From an uncultured virus (IMG/VR IMGVR_UViG_3300030388_001635) (Duplodnaviria; Heunggongvirae; Uroviricota; Caudoviricetes; Crassvirales): 64,000 nucleotides of DNA. The position numbers and the translations under genes are program-made. The stretch is taken from the IMG/VR virus record IMGVR_UViG_3300030388_001635. One strand, given 5' to 3'. Below the pieces are notes generated by a model, which worked only from the letters and a program-made list of their open reading frames with translations, did no database searches and was not told the DNA's origin. Every line of letters starts with the position of its first letter. Within the stretch, counting starts at the first letter, position 1. Positions 25,745 to 38,700 of the stretch are shown here, piece by piece.

Positions 25745-26970
25745 AGCTTAGACCATATCAAAAAACCATAATAGAACTTGGTAAGAAAACCCTTCTAACG
25801 AGGGGTTTTGTTTACCTTGCTATGGAGGTTAGGACAGGTAAAACTCTTACAAGTTTAGGAATAGCTGAGGAAGTAAAAGCCAAAAGTGTTTTGTTTATTA
25901 CCAAGAAAAAAGCAATCTCAAGTATAGAAGATGACTTTCATCTTCTGAAACCTAGTTATGATTTAACAACTATTAACTATGAAAGCTTACATAAAATACC
26001 TACAATAAAATGGGATGTCATTGTATGTGACGAAGCTCATTCAATGGGAGCTTTTCCAAAACCAAGCAAGAGAGCTAAACAAGTTAAACTATTAATTCAA
26101 GGATGCAATCCTTACATTATTTTATTATCAGGAACTCCTACTCCTGAATCTTTTAGTCAGATGTATCATCAGATTTATGGCATACCAACAAATCCTTTCG
26201 GCAGGTACAAAAACTTTTATAGATTTTGTGATGACTATGTAAATGTTAAAGTAAGACCTATCAATGGATTGAATATTAGAGATTATTCTGATGGAAGCGA
26301 AAGTATACTCACTAAAATGAGACCATACACAATCAACTTTACACAAAAAAATGCAGGGTTTAAAGTGGAAACAACCGAAGATATTTTGTATGTTCGCATG
26401 AAAGAAGAAACTTATTCTTTAGCAAAACGATTACAAAAACAATTAGTAATTGAAGGAAAGACAGAAGTAATTATGGGTGATACACCGGTAAAGCTTATGT
26501 CAAAGCTCCATCAAATTTATTCAGGAACTGTGAAGTTTGAAAGCGGAAACTCAATGGTTCTTGATTTGTCTAAAGCTGAATACATAAAAGAAAAGTTTCT
26601 TAACAAAAAGATTGCTATCTTTTATAAGTTTAAGGAAGAATTAAATGCCATTAAGGAGGTTTATGGGGAGACCATTTCAACTGAACTAAGCGTCTTCAAA
26701 GAGACAGACAAAAGTATAGCTCTTCAGATTGTTAGTGGGAGGGAAGGTATTAGTCTAAAGGAAGCCGATGCTTTAGTTTACTATAACATTGATTTTTCTG
26801 CCACCTCCTATTGGCAGTCTAGAGACAGAATGACTACTAAGGAAAGATTAAAAAACAAAGTATATTGGATTTTTGCAGAGAAAGGAATAGAAAACAAAAT
26901 ATATAAAGCTGTAACTAAAAAGAAAGATTATACTTTAAAACACTTCAAAAGAGATTTCTTAGATTTGTAG
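25741..26970 (+). CDS. SF2 (SNF2-like) helicase
   Basis: LRPYQ, MEVRTGKT, DEAH, LSGTP, SGREGISL and QSRDR. Confidence 0.92.
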   Translation: MKLRPYQKTIIELGKKTLLTRGFVYLAMEVRTGKTLTSLGIAEEVKAKSVLFITKKKAISSIEDDFHLLKPSYDLTTINYESLHKIPTIKWDVIVCDEAHSMGAFPKPSKRAKQVKLLIQGCNPYIILLSGTPTPESFSQMYHQIYGIPTNPFGRYKNFYRFCDDYVNVKVRPINGLNIRDYSDGSESILTKMRPYTINFTQKNAGFKVETTEDILYVRMKEETYSLAKRLQKQLVIEGKTEVIMGDTPVKLMSKLHQIYSGTVKFESGNSMVLDLSKAEYIKEKFLNKKIAIFYKFKEELNAIKEVYGETISTELSVFKETDKSIALQIVSGREGISLKEADALVYYNIDFSATSYWQSRDRMTTKERLKNKVYWIFAEKGIENKIYKAVTKKKDYTLKHFKRDFLDL

Positions 26971-26971
26971 T

Positions 26972-27154
26972 ATGAAGTTTATAAGTTTTTTAGTAATTTG
27001 GATAAGCGAAAACTTAGCCATTCCATTTTGGATAGTAGGTCACATACACCTTTCAATTCATAACTACCATGACTTCATAGAATTAATATCCTCTATAAGC
27101 ATGAACATAATTGTGTTCATTGGATTCTTAGAAGACTACAGAAAAAACGGATGA
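26972..27154 (+). CDS. Small membrane protein (60 aa)
   Basis: Hydrophobic ORF in the operon. Confidence 0.6.
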   Translation: MKFISFLVIWISENLAIPFWIVGHIHLSIHNYHDFIELISSISMNIIVFIGFLEDYRKNG

Positions 27155-27393
27155 CAGAACAACAGATTCAAAACAAAAGAATAAAACAATTAGAATCAAA
27201 AGGTTATTACGTTTTAAAATTAACAAAAACAAATAAAAACGGAATACCTGATTTAATAGCAATACCGCCAAATAGTATGGTTATATTTAGCGAAGTTAAA
27301 ACACCTAAAGGAGTTTTGTCTACATTACAAAAATACAGACTTAAAGAATTAGAAGAACATGGATGCATCACAGAGGTTTATAGAGGAGATTGA
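27151..27393 (+). CDS. VRR-NUC domain nuclease
   Basis: EQQIQ...GIPDLI...FSEVKTPKGVLSTLQ. Confidence 0.85.
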   Translation: MTEQQIQNKRIKQLESKGYYVLKLTKTNKNGIPDLIAIPPNSMVIFSEVKTPKGVLSTLQKYRLKELEEHGCITEVYRGD

Positions 27394-27742
27394 TAGAATA
27401 TTTGAAGATAAATATTTTCATTACGAGTTAGAGGAAACGCTTCTTCAACAATTAGAAGAGATGCCATCTATACATAGCATACCAATTGCTATATTGTTAG
27501 AACAGAATGTAAATTCACTACCAATGATGGATGACTATACTCAAATTTTAGGAGGAGTATTAAAGCTCAAAATACCATTCTTTTTTGAAGTAGAATTCAT
27601 ACACGAAACTAATGAATTTCCTATATTTATAGAAATAAACGAAATTGATAGTGATGCTTACCTAGATTATATGTTAGACAAACAAATACTCAAATCCAAT
27701 GAACCTATATTACAAAGAATTTACAAAAGCGAAACTTCTTAA
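27359..27742 (+). CDS. Acidic hypothetical protein
   Basis: ORF track; start uncertain. Confidence 0.6.
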   Translation: MDASQRFIEEIDRIFEDKYFHYELEETLLQQLEEMPSIHSIPIAILLEQNVNSLPMMDDYTQILGGVLKLKIPFFFEVEFIHETNEFPIFIEINEIDSDAYLDYMLDKQILKSNEPILQRIYKSETS

Positions 27743-28238
27743 AAAAGTTATTGACAGAGTTTTTAACATTGATGTAACGTCAAGAGGAAGACAAAGACAT
27801 TTGGTAAATGCTCGTATGATATTCTCTAAAATATTAAGAGATGACAATTGTTCTTACAAACAAATTGCGTTCTTTCTTAATCTAGAAAGCCATGCATCTA
27901 TAATGCATTATCTAAAGCAAATTGATTTTATATTAGAGCATGAAAAAGACCTTAAAGATATGTATGATAGATGTGTTGAATTATATAAAGATGTAGACCC
28001 AAGTATAGAAGATTTAGCTCCAAATGAACTTAAAAATAGAATTGAGTCTTTGGAAGATAAAAATAAATTATTATCTTTGGAAGTAGAGGCTTTAAAAAAC
28101 TTAATTAAAGACTTTAACAAAGAGGACAAAAGGTTCTTTCAACTATTCAGTTTGATTCGTTCTAGAACCAAACAAGGAAGTGAAAAGGAGGTTGCAAGAA
28201 GACTAAATACAATCTACAATGGATTAACACATGGATAA
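27699..28238 (+). CDS. Second DnaA C-terminal-like HTH protein with coiled coil
   Basis: SRGRQRHLVNARMIFSKIL....SYKQIA..L...HASIMHY. Confidence 0.65.
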   Translation: MNLYYKEFTKAKLLKKVIDRVFNIDVTSRGRQRHLVNARMIFSKILRDDNCSYKQIAFFLNLESHASIMHYLKQIDFILEHEKDLKDMYDRCVELYKDVDPSIEDLAPNELKNRIESLEDKNKLLSLEVEALKNLIKDFNKEDKRFFQLFSLIRSRTKQGSEKEVARRLNTIYNGLTHG

Positions 28239-28416
28239 TGGAGTAGAAAAAGAAAGAATTAAACACATCAATTTTACGATGAACGAAATTCATGACTCCA
28301 ACAATACCATTTATGAAATGTTAATGGACAGAGACAATATTAGTTTAAAAACTGAAGTTGTTGCTAACATTAAAAGATTGCGTTCTATCTTAGAAAACAT
28401 AGAAGATGAAATTTAA
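28231..28416 (+). CDS. Hypothetical protein (61 aa)
   Basis: ORF track. Confidence 0.6.
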   Translation: MDNGVEKERIKHINFTMNEIHDSNNTIYEMLMDRDNISLKTEVVANIKRLRSILENIEDEI

Positions 28417-29155
28417 TCAACCATCAGGAGATAAATACAATATAGATGAGATTAGACCACGATTAAGTGGTAACAAAAGATTATCATACGAAAATTTAAA
28501 TAAAGAAGAAAGAAGAATTCTTGTCATTGGAGATTTACATCTTCCGTTTACATTACCGGGTTATTTAGATTTTTGTAAAGAGGCTTATAGCAATTGGAAT
28601 TGTAATCAAGTAATTTACATAGGAGACATTTTGGATAATCACGCTTTTTCTTATCATGAGGCAGACCCGAATGGTTATTCAGCCGGCACAGAGCTGAGGT
28701 TAGCTATTGATATGTTAAAAGAATGGTATAAAGCTTTTCCTATAGCAGATGTTTTAATCGGAAACCACGATAGAATGGCTAGTAGGAAGGCAATGACAGG
28801 AGGCATACCTTCTGAATGGATTAAGTCTTATAACGAGGTTTTGGGTACGCCTGAATGGAATTGGTGTGAATCTATTGTCTATGACAATGTACTTTATGAG
28901 CATGGCGAAGGAGGTCAAGCATCTAGAAAAGCGCAGCAAAATATGATGTCAAGTGTTTGCGGTCACACACATACGAGTGCATACGTTATGTGGTTCGTTG
29001 GAAAAAGAAGCCGAACATTTGCTATGCAGGTTGGATGCGGTGTGGACAGCACAACTTTTGCAGCAGCTTATGCGAAAAATTTTAAAAAACAAGCCATATC
29101 ATGCGGTGTGGTACTTGGTGGTAACACAGCTATTAACTTAATGATGAAACTATGA
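28406..29155 (+). CDS. Calcineurin-like metallophosphoesterase
   Basis: GDLH, GDILD, GNHD, HG and GHTH motifs. Confidence 0.92.
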   Translation: MKFNQPSGDKYNIDEIRPRLSGNKRLSYENLNKEERRILVIGDLHLPFTLPGYLDFCKEAYSNWNCNQVIYIGDILDNHAFSYHEADPNGYSAGTELRLAIDMLKEWYKAFPIADVLIGNHDRMASRKAMTGGIPSEWIKSYNEVLGTPEWNWCESIVYDNVLYEHGEGGQASRKAQQNMMSSVCGHTHTSAYVMWFVGKRSRTFAMQVGCGVDSTTFAAAYAKNFKKQAISCGVVLGGNTAINLMMKL

Positions 29156-29313
29156 TATGTCCAAAATGTGAAAAAAGATTATTATGGGGAGGTGAACATG
29201 ACTATGATGATGAAGAATCAGGAGCAATAGTAGGGAACTATACTTGTACTAATAAAGAATGTGATGTTGATAGTGTATATATATACACTAAATCTGATAT
29301 AGATGAGGTTTGA
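29152..29313 (+). CDS. Small zinc-ribbon protein (53 aa)
   Basis: Read by hand: MICPKCEKRLLWGGEHDYDD...YTCTNKECDVDSVYIY; ATGA overlap with the upstream gene. Confidence 0.7.
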   Translation: MICPKCEKRLLWGGEHDYDDEESGAIVGNYTCTNKECDVDSVYIYTKSDIDEV

Positions 29314-29716
29314 AAACGAAAAAGACCTACATAGAGAACGCACAGCCATAAATAAATTCACAGAACTATTTAACGGTAGCTCTAAAAAACTTGACCCTAA
29401 CGATATAGACTATAAAGTTTATGATTCAGATGGTAATCATATAGCTTACGCTGAAGTTAAAGGAAGACTCAGAGCTATGAAAGATTGTTTTCCATTACCT
29501 GTAGCGGCAAGAAAATTAGTAAAATTAGCTGACAAAAGATTAAACCCTGTTATGATATGGGCATGTTTAGATGGTATTATATATTGTAAAGTAAAAAACA
29601 TTAAAGGAGCTATCCAATGGGGAGGAAGAAAGCCTCGACCCGGCTCATACAATGATGAAGAACTAATGATTTATCTTGAAAAAAACTCATCTCCATTTAA
29701 AAGTGTTAAGTATTAA
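29303..29716 (+). CDS. PD-(D/E)XK-like nuclease
   Basis: DIDY....AYAEVKGR catalytic-like motif. Confidence 0.6.
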   Translation: MRFENEKDLHRERTAINKFTELFNGSSKKLDPNDIDYKVYDSDGNHIAYAEVKGRLRAMKDCFPLPVAARKLVKLADKRLNPVMIWACLDGIIYCKVKNIKGAIQWGGRKPRPGSYNDEELMIYLEKNSSPFKSVKY

Positions 29717-32700
29717 TTATTTATTTCTTAACTTTTTCTTCAAATCATTTTTCGTTTTATTCACTTCTCTTTTTTTCCTATTTAATTCTTTTACTTTTTC
29801 TAACAAAACAGGATTGTTTAATGTTTCAATCATCCACATAGGAGGTAAAGAACTCTTTTTGGTTCTTCCGCCACCGGGACGTTGAGTTTTAGGAACGTTT
29901 AGAATGTCGTACAAATTTTTATCAATCTCACCTTCTCCTGTTAACATTCTTGCTGTTCCTTCTACAGGGTCAAATTGGAATCCCATTCTTAATTCTAGGA
30001 AAGGACGTATAGCTGCAATGTAATCTTCTTCATTTAAACCTTTAACAGACTCTTTTACTATTCTTAATAAAGGTTCTACAGCTCCTGATTCAGAATAACC
30101 TGAATTTCCTTTTTCACCCATCATATAATTTATACCTGATTCAGCTGCTGCTCCTAATATTGGAACTCTAGTAAGCTGAGTAAATCCTGTCATTTGTCTT
30201 TTAATAGTTTTAATAGCTTCTAATTTCTCATCCTCATCACCCTTAGTAAGCATTAACATGTTAGCAGTAGCTTGGAATGCCATGTTTGCTACAGCTCCTG
30301 ATATTATAAACCCTCTGATATCTGTTTTAGATGGCATCTTACCGTTTCTAATGCTACGCATAATGTTTCTCATATTAACAGCTGTGTTATTCATCTGTAA
30401 AAACATTGTACTACCAAACATTGTAAGCAATCTTAACAGACCTGCTCTTCTTTGTAGACCACCTTTATCCATATCTCTACGAGATTGCTGAGTAAGATTG
30501 TATTCTACAAATTCTAATGCAGCCTCTGTCTCTGTCATTCCATTTGCAATGTCTTGATTATAATTAGCCATGTAACCCATAACACCCATAACATCTCCAA
30601 TAGATGTTCCTGCTCCAATAAAAGATTTAACATAACCTTTTAATTCTGCTGTAGTATATGTTTTTCCGGCAATTGTAATTGTACCATCCGGATTTAAAAA
30701 TTTACCTACAGCTGCTCCTAATCCTTTTCCTGATTTATTTCCTGTCTCTAGTTCTACAAGGTTTTTACCTGACAAAGCCTCTAGCATTCTTTGTTCAAAT
30801 CCTGCCGATATTTTTTTAGCTGTTTTAATTCCACCTTCCATTCCTGCAAGTGTTAAAGCTAACGTTTGAGTATAACGACCAAGAAACATAATTGCATCAA
30901 CAGCTGTCGCAGGTATACCTAAAGTAGCCTTATCAACTGCTTGATAAGTTAAATTTCCTTTGTATCTAAACTTTTTAAACGCTTCAATAAACGAAGATGC
31001 TTGTTTAGGAATTTGCCATACTTTTAAACCTAAAACATAACTAACAAACGCACCTTGAATTGTGTTAACTAACTTAGAGTCTAACGAATTTGTTTCAAAA
31101 TTATCTCTCCCGTTAATTGCAAAATTTAACATTTCATTATTTAATGATGTTAATCCCGATTCTTTTAACAAAAGTTTTACAGATGGTATTTTTAATATTC
31201 TATTTAATTCAGGGACTAAATCTGCATAAGCTTTATATCTTTCTGTAGATTCTATGTGTGAGTCTAGCATATCAGTAAAAGATGTAGCAGGATTTATTAT
31301 AGAATTTCTGCTTCTCATTTTTAATGAGCTTGGAGACTCTGCAGTAAATGTACTAAACACATCAGATTGAAATCCTATAGATTTCTCTTCAGATGTTGGG
31401 TCTAGCTTAGTAGATAAAGGAAAATAGTTTTCTATCTTATCTAAATTTACGTCATTGTTTCTTACATAGACTTCATTAATAGAATCATAACTGTCATTAG
31501 TTAAATAGTCTACTACTATATCTGCAAAACCTATCACATCATTACCTAAATGTTCTTCTATAGCTTTAAATTTTTCCTCTGTAAATCCTTGCTGTATTAG
31601 TCTAGCACGAACTTCAGGATTTTTAGCTATAGCATATATATAAACCAATTGGTCATTAGTAGGATTGTTAAATGTTCCATCAGGATTGTTTTCCGTAACA
31701 TCAATACCTGAAAGAATCATTGGATTCTTTTTAAGTAATGCAAGTTTAAAGTTTTGATAAGCCTTGTTTACATCTAGATTACCCTTGTTTTTAAAACCTG
31801 CTCTTTCGGCAAGTTTATTTACATATCTGTTAACGTCTCTAACACCTTCTTCTCTTTTAAAGTTAGCTTTACTTAAAGGTTTCTGAAAGTATTTAGTAAA
31901 GAATTCGTTTTTTCTACCATCTAATATGTTAAATAAAGTTTGAGTATTAGAAATAATACTATCGAAATATCTAGAAAGCATTACACCCAAATTATTTGTT
32001 CCGCTTTCAGTTTTAATAAAAGGACTAAAAATACCATCTGCAAAATCCTTCATAAACTTTAAAAAACCTTTATCTATAAACTGTTGTATATTAGATTTTC
32101 TACTATCTTCTACTTCTCTATCAGTTTTTAAACCTTTTTCTCCATACAAAAATGGATAATTTGTTTCTATAGATTCGTCTGCTTCAGCTTTTATTTTTGC
32201 AGCTCTCTCTTTTCTCTTCAATCTTCTTTTTAATAGTTCTTGCCTAGACTGTTTAGCTTCTTGTTTTATTCCTTTAAATATATCATTAAGTTCTTCTATG
32301 GATTTCGTTTCTAAATTATCATAACGAGCATAGATTTCTGCTTCAGCCAAAAGTATAGAATCAGCTTTGTTTAAAGACTTGCCTTCTTTTAAATTAGCTT
32401 CTCTAGTTAGAGCTTCTTCTATCTCTACTTCAAGAGCTGCCAACTCTACTTTTTTCTGTATGAAAGCTTCTCTGCTTAAATTTAAAGCTTTATTTAAAAC
32501 TTTAAAATACTCTTGACCTCTATACTCTAAACTACCTGATTTAGGTTTTTTATTACTACGTTTAATCTTTGTTTTTTTCTTAACGTAATCTTTAATAGTT
32601 TGTAAAAAAGTTTGTTTGTCTTTTACTTTTATCTCATTAACTATTTCTTGAACCCTCAATACCTCAGCAACAAAATTCACATCATCAACTTCAGCAATAG

Positions 32701-35700
32701 TTTTTAATATACTTTTTAGTTCTGTTTTATTTACTTTGCTAACAGTTGTTAAAGCTTTTCTAATATAATTTGACAATCTTTTTCTTATATCTTTTGAAAC
32801 TTTTGTTGAGTCTTTACGACCTTTTAACTCAGCTAATATAACATCTATTTCTTGTTGAACAGCTTGATTTGCCTTAGTGCCTAACATAGCATCATACTCA
32901 GCTATCATTTGTTTTTGATTTACAAGAGGTTGTTCTTTAAACAACTTGTTGTCTTCTAAATCTTTTTTTCTAGCTGCTCTTTCTTCTTTTCTATATTTTA
33001 AAGCCTCCGCTTTAAGCTTTTCATTTTTAAACGTTTTACCACCATCTTCGGAAACTAATACTTTTCTATTGGCTTCAGGAAGTGTTTTTAATCTTTTTAA
33101 TCTTAACTCTTCTACTTGATTAAAAATCTGCTCACCCACATTAATACCACCTTTAGCATTTGTAAAAGCTGTTGGTATAGCTGTTTCCATTAATGCTAAA
33201 ATTTGTTCCTCATTTAATTTTAGTCTTTTTCTTAATACAGCCGCAACAACATCATCAGGCATAGCCATTTCTCTACCTCTAATAACCATTTGTTCGGCTG
33301 TTAATCCTTGCTTAAATGCTGCTTCAGGATTTTTTAATTGCTTTTGTTGTATGTTAGATAATTCTATTTCTTTGCCGCTAAAAATATCAGCCAATGCACT
33401 TCCAATAAACTCATCTAAAGTTATATCTTGAATTTCTGCCTCACTATAATCTTTAGACATTTTAAACTCATCCATGATTAACTTCCACATCCCTAACAAC
33501 CATTCTTTAAATTTAGCTTGTAATGATGCGTTAGCAATAGTTTCGCCTTTGTTTCCAATTAAAATAGCCATAGCTTCATCTACAGCTTTCTTCTGATTTC
33601 CATCAAACTTTTTTAATTGGTCTTTATATGTTTTAGTTTTCTTAACCAAAACAGAACCTCTTTCATATAATAATTTACCTTTCTTTGTTGTTTGTATATA
33701 GTCAGTCCAAACATGTCCCATCTCATGAATAGAAGTGTTAAACAGTTCACTTTCACTATTGTGAACATCAGGGTTTATATATATATCTCCATTTACTGTA
33801 ACACCGTATACGGTTTGATTTCCTTTTGAGTATTGCATAACACCCTCAGAATTCATTACAATTTTAAATGTTTCTGAATCAGTATAAATTGTTGTTCCGG
33901 GAAAAGATATATTTAAAAAGTTGTTTAACTTATTTATATTACTTTGAGAACCTGCTTTAGCTCCAATATAATCTTTAGATGGTATACCAATTCCTAATCC
34001 TGTTTGATTAGTTCTTAATTGTTTACCTGTAACTTTTTTACCTTGTGATTCTTTTTCAACTAAACTACCCATTGCTTTTTTATATGCTATAGGATAAGCT
34101 TTCTCCATAGACACAGGGTTTGTAAGGACACCCATAGATTTTCCTCTTACACCATATTTATAATTTGGATGTGTTGTTTCTACTACTCCCGGATTTAAAA
34201 CATCTACACCAACTATAGCAACGATACTTCCTTCAGGAACATCTTTCATTTGTTTGTCAGTAATTATTTCAGCAATACTTGCAATGTTAAGTAACTCTCT
34301 AGCACTTTCATCTTGGTTTTCTAGCAATGCTGTAGTAACAGATGAAAGTTCAGAAACAGCACCTGCTTTTTTAGTTTGTCCGGGTTTATTAGGTGTTCCG
34401 TATCCTATAATATTCATAAGATTAACTCTAGCTCCAAGTCCTAATTTTTTTACAAATTTAGGAGCAACTACATCATCTATAGATTGAATATCTTTTCCTT
34501 CTAACAATGAAATTATATCATTAAAAGGTTTCTTTTTATTCGCTTTATCTCTTCGGCTTATAATTTCTGTCTTCAAAGCTTCCAAAGCCTTTACTTTGTT
34601 TTCTTCAGGTATCTTTGTTAAATTATCAGCTAACACTCTAAACATAGCTTCATTAGAAATAATTCCGCTTTCAGCCATCTTAACAACATTAACAGGAACT
34701 AATCCATTGTACTCAGGATTGTTAGCCCAAAACTCATCTATTTTTGGTTTGTTAGCTTGATAAATAAATTCAGCATTTTGCAACATATTTTCTGCTTTGG
34801 CTTTTGTCGTTCCTGCCCAAGCTGCTTGTTCATTTCCTGTAGTACCATTAAAACCTATTGACCCTTTTAAATTATCAATAGTTGTACCTGTGTTTGGATT
34901 AACCACATTACCTGTAGTAAGTTGGTCAGATATTGTAAACGCTGCAGGTATACCATCAATAAGTTCTATAGAAGTTACTTGTAAGTCTGTATCTGTTCTA
35001 TTGTTTAACTCTTGTACATCTAACTTAACATTACTTTCTTCAGTCTCAATTTTAGTATTTACATTGTCGCTTTCTAAAAGATTTATTCTTTGTGTAATCG
35101 CCTCTATCTCATCTCTATCAGGTTCAACTTTGTTTTCATCTTTTAATCTAAAATCAACTTTATCATCCAAACCTTCTTCCATTTCTTTTACTTGTTGGTC
35201 GAAAATCTCTTTACTTTCAGCACTAACTTCTTCTGTAGTTGATTCTGTAGACTTCTTTTCTGTTATTGTTTCAGATGTCTTTTCTGTCAAATAAAGTCCT
35301 TGTGACATCATCAGCTCTTGATTCATTAGGGCTTGGCTAGACTTAAATATTTTACCTCCTACAACCGTAGAGTCTTCTATAATTTCAGTTACTGTAAAAG
35401 AAGTGCCTTGTTTATTCATTATAACATCACCAACTTTTATATCATCAATATTCTTTTTTGATACAAACTTACCTTTTTTAAAAATTTCAGTTTTAAAACT
35501 ATTATCATCTACAACTGTAACCTTACTACCTTTTTTCTTTCTATCTTTTTTTAATTTTGCTAAATATTCTTTCTCTTGAGAAGCTAATTCTTCTGTAGTT
35601 ACTTCTTCTGTAGTTGATTCAGTAGACTCAAGCATAGCATCATATTTTGCGTTGATTTTGTCTATTTCTGTCTCAACAAATACAAAAGGTCTTCTTCTGC

Positions 35701-38700
35701 TCTCTCCGTATCTTTTATTTAACGCATCAACTTTTTGTTGATGGCTTTTATCTGTTTTACCTAAAGCTACTAAGAATTTTTGTGCTTTTCCTTTTTCAGT
35801 TTGAGTCATGAATGTATCTGACAAAATTTGCTCTCTTAAACTTATAAAGATTGGGTCACTAACTTTTCCGTCAGTTTCATCAGTTGTAAAGTAATCATCT
35901 ATTTCAGCTTTTCTATCTGCTTCTATTTGCGTTTCACTTTGTTGGGTAACTTTTTTAGGTCCACCGGGTACTCCTTCTGCCACTTCTTCAGGAGTTTTGG
36001 TTTGAACTTCGCTAGGTATCTTAATTGAGCTTTGCTTTTGATTGGCATAATCTTCAAGTTTAAATGATTCTTGTTCTATTCCTAACATTTTCTTTACAAC
36101 GTAATCGTTTAGCGCAGTTGCTAAAGCATCGTTGTCCTTAATTGTAAATGCAGGATTGCTTTTTATTAATTTTTCTTTTGACATTTTGTCAACTGCTTTC
36201 AGAAAATCTTCAGGAGTTTCATAAGTGCTTGTTCCAATTTTAAATTGATTAAAAGACTTTACATCAAACTTACTTTCGTTTAATGGGTCTAATTTTATAT
36301 TATCAACCTTTGTTCCTGTTGGTCCTTGAATACCTTCTATAGTTTTTGTATTTTCATCAAACTTATCAGATAGCTTACCTGTTAAAATTAGTTCACTAAG
36401 CTCTGCATTAATACTTTTAATATTACTTTTAAATACCTCACGCCTATTTATAGTTGAACCAAGATTATTTTGAGCTTCTATTAACCTCATAGCTCTAGCA
36501 ACAACTGCAGGGTCAGCATTTTCTCCTAACAAATCTGTAGCAGATTTTAAAATACCTAAATTATCTGTTATAGCTTTTCCTTTAGATGCATCTATTTTCC
36601 CTAATTTAACGTTTTTATTTACAAAATTTAATATTTGTTCAGGAGTTGCATCTGTATAAGTTGCTAAAAAAGCAGGGTCTGTAAAGTCAGCTAATAATTT
36701 ATTTCTTCTTTTATTACTATTAAGTAATGTCATATTAATAACAGCATTACTTCCTTGATTTCCAAATGCACCACCCATTTCTGCAGCAATTTCTTTAAAG
36801 TCAAGTTCATTTCTTCCTGTTCCAAATAAGATTTCGTTTTCTTGTGCAAGTGTCTCACCTACACCTTCACCTATTGGGTCAAGAACTAATCTCTCAGCTG
36901 TTATTAAACCTGCTGTTTTTAACACACCTTTTGATGTTATTGCAAATTTTGCAGGCATAAATAATCTACCTGCTAAACCTGCAGTAAAATAATCAATTAT
37001 AGCAATTGGTATTCCTCTTGCATGACCTCTTGCTCCACCTACATCCCAAACTTTTTGGTCTTGTAAAGCTAAAGCTACTTCGTCAGGATTATATATATCA
37101 TAACCCGTTTCAGTAATAGCCTCAAGAATAGAATTGGTATATTCCATTGCGTATGTTGTAGCAGCAAAACCAACCCTTAAACCATAACCTAAACCTACTT
37201 TAGCACCTATTGCTATAGTTAGAGGATTAGCACCCAAAGCTCCGTAACCCGCACCTGTTCCTGCGCCAATAACTCCTGACATAGGAATTAATTGAGCTCC
37301 ATATGGTAACATCATTGCAATACTTTTACTTGCTAATTGAGTACTCCATTCAAGAGGGTCACTAGCAACAACATCCCAAGATTCTCTAAAGCCTTGTGAA
37401 TCCTCCCAATTGAGCATAGTTTTACTTTGATTGCCTGTTTTGTTATTCATTGCATCAACAATATGTAATGCTATATCCATAACATCATCATCATCACCAC
37501 CCCCAATTAAATCAACACCCATAGCGTATTGTAATATAGAATTAGCAGCATGACCTTGTTGTAAACCATTTGCAAACTCTTCCGTAAAACCCTCAAAATT
37601 ATCTACAAAATCGTTTTGAATTTTTTTATTCTCCATGCGATTTAAATACAGCTGTGAGTTTTCATAAATCATCGCTGCATTTTTTCTTTCAAAATTTAAA
37701 TTTAAAGTTTGAGTTTGTAATTGTTGCATTTCAACAAATTCTTGTCTTGTTGTGTTCTCATTTATGGCTTTAGCTAAATTCATTGGTTTTTCACCATACC
37801 TTATTAAAGCTTGTTCATCTATTACACTTTGCTCTTTTTTAACTGTATCGTTAATAAATACTGCTTCCGATACTTTTGCTTGTTCTTTTTTTCTTAAGTA
37901 TAAATCAAATTCATTTCTTGTATCTTTTACTTTATTGTTAAAAGCAGTCCCAAATAATGCAGTTTCTTGTGTTTTTAATCTAGCTAACTCTTCTTGTATA
38001 TCATCTCTTAACTCTCCATTGACATATAAATCCCCATATTGTGCTTGTCTTTTTAAAGACAAATCTTTAATACGATTAACATCATCACCCATTGTTGAAT
38101 CTTTGAAATCACCAAACTCATCTCTCTGTAATTCTCCATCTAAAAGGTCTTCAATAAAATCAATCCTATCTCTAGTTTCTTGATAAATATTAAATGATTG
38201 TGAAATTTGTTGATAATCTAATCCTCTTTCTTTATAAAATTGTTGAGCCTCAACATCTATTGTGTTTACACCTTTCCATGAACCGTCTGCAAATGCATTA
38301 GCCTCTTCTTGGGTATCAAAAGTAAATACTTCATTTCTTTCTTTAGCTAAATCTAAAGCCTTCTTACCTTTTAACTCTATCCAATTATTTGCATAACTAG
38401 CTTGATTTTCATCGTCTACAGGAAATAAAGTAGGAGCAACTAAAAATTTACCGTCTTCTTCAAATGTTCCCATTAAATGAGAAGATACAGTACCATTTTT
38501 ATTGACACGTCTTCCACTTCTCATGTTTTGAGCTTTTAATGAATTACCAATAAAATCCATGTTTTTATCAGAATCAACTATTTCGCTAGAATTAAGCATT
38601 AAAAAGTTTTTTAAATCAGCTACTTCGTCATCAGCACCAACGCCAAACAAAGGGTCTATATCTATAGTAATTTCTGCATTACCGTCTGAAGTACGAGCCA

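Noticed and set aside
14593..29716. Prophage/lysogeny module or alternative genetic code
   Set aside because: No integrase, repressor pair or host genes are visible. Long ORFs are intact under the standard code, so stop-codon reassignment is not needed.
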